From Candidatus Methylomirabilis limnetica (lineage in GTDB: Bacteria; Methylomirabilota; Methylomirabilia; Methylomirabilales; Methylomirabilaceae), in the NCBI RefSeq assembly GCF_003044035.1, contig NZ_NVQC01000025.1, positions 1-28,106 of the forward strand: a stretch of DNA of 28,106 nt, read 5' to 3'. Positions within the stretch are counted from its first letter, which is position 1; each line of letters begins with the position of its first letter. The notes below the pieces were generated by a model. It was not told the origin of the DNA. It saw only the letters and a program-made list of their open reading frames with translations, and ran no database searches. This document shows positions 24,828-28,106 of the stretch, piece by piece. The position numbers were made by a program, and so were the translations under genes.

Positions 24828-25370
24828 ATGGGGCTGGACGGTGCGGCGAGTCTCAAGCTGCCTCGGGAGGAGGGCGTGGTGACGGCCGCCCTCGAACAGT
24901 TTCGGGTTCAGGCGGACGCGAAGGGTGTGGCGCTTGCGCTGCGGCTGGAACAGGCGCCGGACAGCCTGGTGGCTGACCCGCTCCGCTTTAAGCAGATTCT
25001 GCACAACCTCTTAGGCAACGCCGTGAAATTCACCCCAGCGGGCGGTTCCATTACTGTCACTGCGAAGATAGTTTCGCGTTCACAACCCGAAACCCTAGAC
25101 CCTCAACCCTATACCCTCGACCCCGGTGATTTCGTAGAAATTACCGTCTCGGATACCGGCATCGGGATTAAGGCTGAGGATCTGGGTCGGCTCTTCCAAG
25201 AGTTTACACGGTTAGACAGTTCCTTCGCAAAGCCGCAGCAGGGGACTGGCCTGGGTCTTGCCATGGCCAAACGCCTGGTCGATCTCCACGGAGGGTCCGT
25301 GACCGCCACCTCTCCCGGAGAAGGTCAGGGAAGCACCTTCACTGTCACCTTGCCGCTGCGGCCGTCGTGA
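24828..25370 (+). pseudogene. Histidine kinase C-terminal fragment (HATPase_c only; H-box/DHp missing)
   Basis: N-box HNLLGNAVKFT, G1 DTGIGI and G2 GTGLGLAMAK are present. The frame is closed by a TAG at 24807, and no phospho-His region lies upstream. A 42-nt heptamer repeat sits in frame at 25082-25123. Confidence 0.7.
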
Positions 25371-25464
25371 GGCCGACCGGCCCCGCCCCAGGTCTCTCCG
25401 ATGCTGCTTGACGTCGTCGCCCGCTTGATTTCTTGAGCCCACCCAACCCTTCCAGAAGCAGGAT

Positions 25465-25917
25465 CTAATCATCACTTAACACCAGAATATCCAGCTCAGA
25501 GATCCGTTTGAGCTGACTATCGTTCCCTATAAAACCGGTAGCGCCCGCTTCGATGGAGGTTGCCACCAGGATGGCATCAGGTGTTTTCAGTTGGTATTTG
25601 GCGCGAAGCTGGGCACCCAGGTCAGCGATCCCGATCGATAATTCGATCCATTGGAGGTGAGGGTACGTTGTGAGGAGGACATAGAACTGATTGACAAGCT
25701 CGTCATTGTTCTCTCGGTAGGGTTGTACCAGGACCTCAAGAAGAGAGAGCGTGGAACAAATCCCGGTATTGCGTCCCGCTTCAATCGATCTGAGTATCTT
25801 CTCCGCTAATCGATGATACTCCGGGTGTTCCTCGATGAGGTAGATCAGGAGATTTGAGTCCAGCCCGACCCTGGGGTGCCTTCGCAGGAAGCCCTCGAGA
25901 CGCTGGGCGCTTACCAC
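25465..25917 (-). CDS. vapC: PIN-domain toxin (VapC family)
   Basis: It has the LDSN acidic start, the SxLSLLEV block and a C-terminal NDSQ acidic motif. It overlaps the upstream antitoxin gene by 7 nt. Confidence 0.8.
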   Translation of the reverse strand: MVSAQRLEGFLRRHPRVGLDSNLLIYLIEEHPEYHRLAEKILRSIEAGRNTGICSTLSLLEVLVQPYRENNDELVNQFYVLLTTYPHLQWIELSIGIADLGAQLRAKYQLKTPDAILVATSIEAGATGFIGNDSQLKRISELDILVLSDD

Positions 25918-26129
25918 GCACGGCGTTCCTTTGACAGGTAATCGGAAGAGTAGAGTCCGCGGCCCTTTCCCGCAAGAGCCTTTGTGTAACTTTTGGGTGT
26001 GGGCAACAGGATGGTAATCCCTCCTTTGACGACAACCACGAGTTCATCGCCCCCCTTGACCCCCATGGCCTCGCGCGCTTCTTTGGGAAGGACAATCTGG
26101 TTTTTTGTCGAGAGTTTGATAAAAGGCAT
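25911..26129 (-). CDS. vapB: AbrB/MazE/SpoVT-type antitoxin
   Basis: 72 aa. KNQIVLPKEAREAMGVKGGDELVVVV is a swapped-hairpin (SpoVT/AbrB) signature. Confidence 0.8.
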   Translation of the reverse strand: MPFIKLSTKNQIVLPKEAREAMGVKGGDELVVVVKGGITILLPTPKSYTKALAGKGRGLYSSDYLSKERRAW

Positions 26130-26234
26130 TGGTTCCTCCAGAGATTGATATTCGCTTTACTTTATCATAGAAGGTAAAGCGACGCAACACGGAGCCTGTC
26201 CTGCAAACCCCTTGTTGTGCTTCGACGGGCTCAT

Positions 26235-26310
26235 GCTTCGACAGGCTCAGCAGAACGGAAAACATCAATCTTTTCAATGCCTATACCGTTCGCCCTGAGC
26301 GTGTCGAAGG
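26235..26310. repeat. MITE/REP-like inverted repeat (GCTTCGACAGGCTCAGCAGAACGG ... CCGTTCGCCCTGAGCGTGTCGAAGG)
   Basis: The arms are near reverse complements separated by ~27 nt. An extra half-copy lies at 26219-26233. Confidence 0.7.
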
Positions 26311-26385
26311 GTGAACGGGAGTTTATGGGACAGGCTCCACGCTAAGCTAATCCCATTTGACACTGCACGAGCTGTGCGCATTGGA

Positions 26386-27143
<758 letters not shown>

Positions 27144-27263
27144 TCAGCGTTTTTCTGTTGAAAGCAGCATCGTTTCCGATCACCGGCCATTCCGCCGAGT
27201 TGTGCAGTCTGGTCTCTAACAGGATCTTTCTAACGATAACCGTACGAACAGAAGGGGAGACCG

Positions 27264-27428
27264 ATGCCGAGCTATGATTTCAAGTGTGTGGAGTGTAGCA
27301 AGAAATTCTCACTGACGATGGGCATCAAAGAGCGGGGGACCAAGCGATTGAAATGCCCGAAATGCGGGGCCGGCAAACCGGAGCCCATCTTCTCGACCTT
27401 TTTCGCCAAGACCTCGCGCAAAAGCTGA
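27264..27428 (+). CDS. FmdB-family small Zn-ribbon protein (54 aa; absent from the ORF track)
   Basis: MPSYDFKCVECSKKFSLTMGIKERGTKRLKCPKCGAGKPEPIFSTFFAKTSRKS. It has the YxxxC..C...CPxCG signature of the CxxC_CxxC_SSSS family, GAAGGGGAGA upstream, and a possible TTGCTT-18-TATAAT promoter at 27113-27142. Confidence 0.75.
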   Translation: MPSYDFKCVECSKKFSLTMGIKERGTKRLKCPKCGAGKPEPIFSTFFAKTSRKS

Positions 27429-27429
27429 A

Positions 27430-28106
27430 TGATTTCGCTAGAGTAAAAGGGACCCACCTAACACGGCAATGATCGAGCAAAAGGAGCCCACTCTGATACG
27501 CTCGCTGTTTCTCGTGTGTTCGAGCAAGACCACACCAGAGACAGGGAGGGAGAGGAGTGCTAGGGATGGATCAGTACGAGCTCATCAGGACGGCCGCTCG
27601 GGTGTATCAGAAGAGTATTCGTCAGATCGCGCGGGAGACTGGGCATACACGCAAAACGATCCGCAAGGTTCTAGCTGGCTGGGAGCCTAAGTACCGGAGG
27701 AGGCACGAACCGGCCTCCCGGGTGATGGACTCGGTCGCCGCCATCATCGAGGGCTGGCTCCGCACGGATCAGGAGACCCCCAAGAAGCATCGCCACACGG
27801 CGCACCGGATCTGGACCCGACTGGTCGAAGAGTATGCCTTTCCGGGTGCGGAGTCGACAGTTAGACGATGGGTGCGGGAGCAGAAGGCTCGGCTGGGATG
27901 GCCGACAGTCACAGCGGTCATCCCCTTAGACCCGGAGCTCGCGCAGGAGGCGGAAGTCGACTGGGGAGCTGCCTGGGTCCGCATGGCAGGAGAGGAGCGG
28001 CAGGTCAAGCTCTTCTGTATGCGATCGCGCTATTCGGGCATGCCCTTTGTGCGGGCCTATCCGTACGAGCGACAGGAGATGTTCTTCGATGGCCACACCC
28101 GAGCAC
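27430..28106 (+). mobile_element. IS21-family insertion sequence, left end (3'-partial at window edge)
   Basis: Subterminal direct repeats AAAAGGGACCCAC (27445-27457) and AAAAGGAGCCCAC (27479-27491) are typical of multi-repeat IS21 ends, and istA follows. The exact terminus is not determined. Confidence 0.6.
27566..28106 (+). CDS. istA: IS21-family transposase IstA, N-terminal 180 aa (runs off window)
   Basis: Hand translation gives MDQYELIRTAARVYQKSIRQIARETGHTRKTIRKVLAGWEPKYRR...PKKHRHTAHRIWTRLVEEY...AEVDWG...LFCMRSRYSGMPFVRAYPYERQEMFFDGH. No stop codon occurs before the end of the window. Confidence 0.9.
   Translation, partial: MDQYELIRTAARVYQKSIRQIARETGHTRKTIRKVLAGWEPKYRRRHEPASRVMDSVAAIIEGWLRTDQETPKKHRHTAHRIWTRLVEEYAFPGAESTVRRWVREQKARLGWPTVTAVIPLDPELAQEAEVDWGAAWVRMAGEERQVKLFCMRSRYSGMPFVRAYPYERQEMFFDGHTRA

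Noticed and set aside
27272-27457. 61-aa minus-strand ORF
   Set aside because: It lies antisense to a convincing FmdB-type Zn-ribbon ORF that has an RBS. The ORF itself has no RBS and no motif.

Overview
High-GC (about 60% by eye) bacterial chromosomal DNA, rich in REP/MITE-like hairpin repeats and heptanucleotide tandem repeats. The style resembles environmental NC10/Rokubacteria-type genomes, but the taxon cannot be proven from this window.

**1-13.2 kb: ordinary genes.** The window opens in a RAYT/IS200-like transposase tail next to a REP array. It continues with a UPF0182 membrane protein, bioF, an alpha-glucan phosphorylase, a TetR-MFP-RND efflux operon, an HTH/Zn-ribbon regulator and queF, which has a possible preQ1-I leader.

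**13.2-23.9 kb: rearrangement hotspot.** This stretch holds a frameshifted TonB-receptor-like remnant, two same-orientation ISL3-like end sequences, and a DUF559 endonuclease flanked by G/C hairpin repeats. It also holds decayed ISL3-, IS91- and IS3-family transposase fragments.
- Three cargo units sit here, each preceded by a copy of the same ~130-nt module carrying near-consensus sigma70 hexamers.
- The cargo is c-di-GMP themed: a GGDEF-PilZ fusion, a membrane sensor-GAF-HD-GYP protein, a SAM methyltransferase, a 729-aa protein with tandem degenerate PilZ-like domains plus an unrecognised C-terminal half, and a FadL-type outer-membrane channel.
- The last ~6.5 kb (17.2-23.7 kb) is strikingly AT-rich, so it is either foreign DNA or an assembly chimera.
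- A 115-bp near-perfect direct repeat (12469-12583 and 23783-23897) brackets the region. Its second copy forms a chimeric 5' end on a decapitated REC-HD-GYP gene.

**23.9-28.1 kb.** A truncated histidine kinase, two VapBC-type toxin-antitoxin pairs, a small FmdB-like Zn-ribbon ORF that is missing from the ORF track, and the left end of an IS21-family element (istA, 3'-partial).

I saw no rRNA gene, tRNA gene or CRISPR array. All family assignments come from motif recognition by eye, with no database search.
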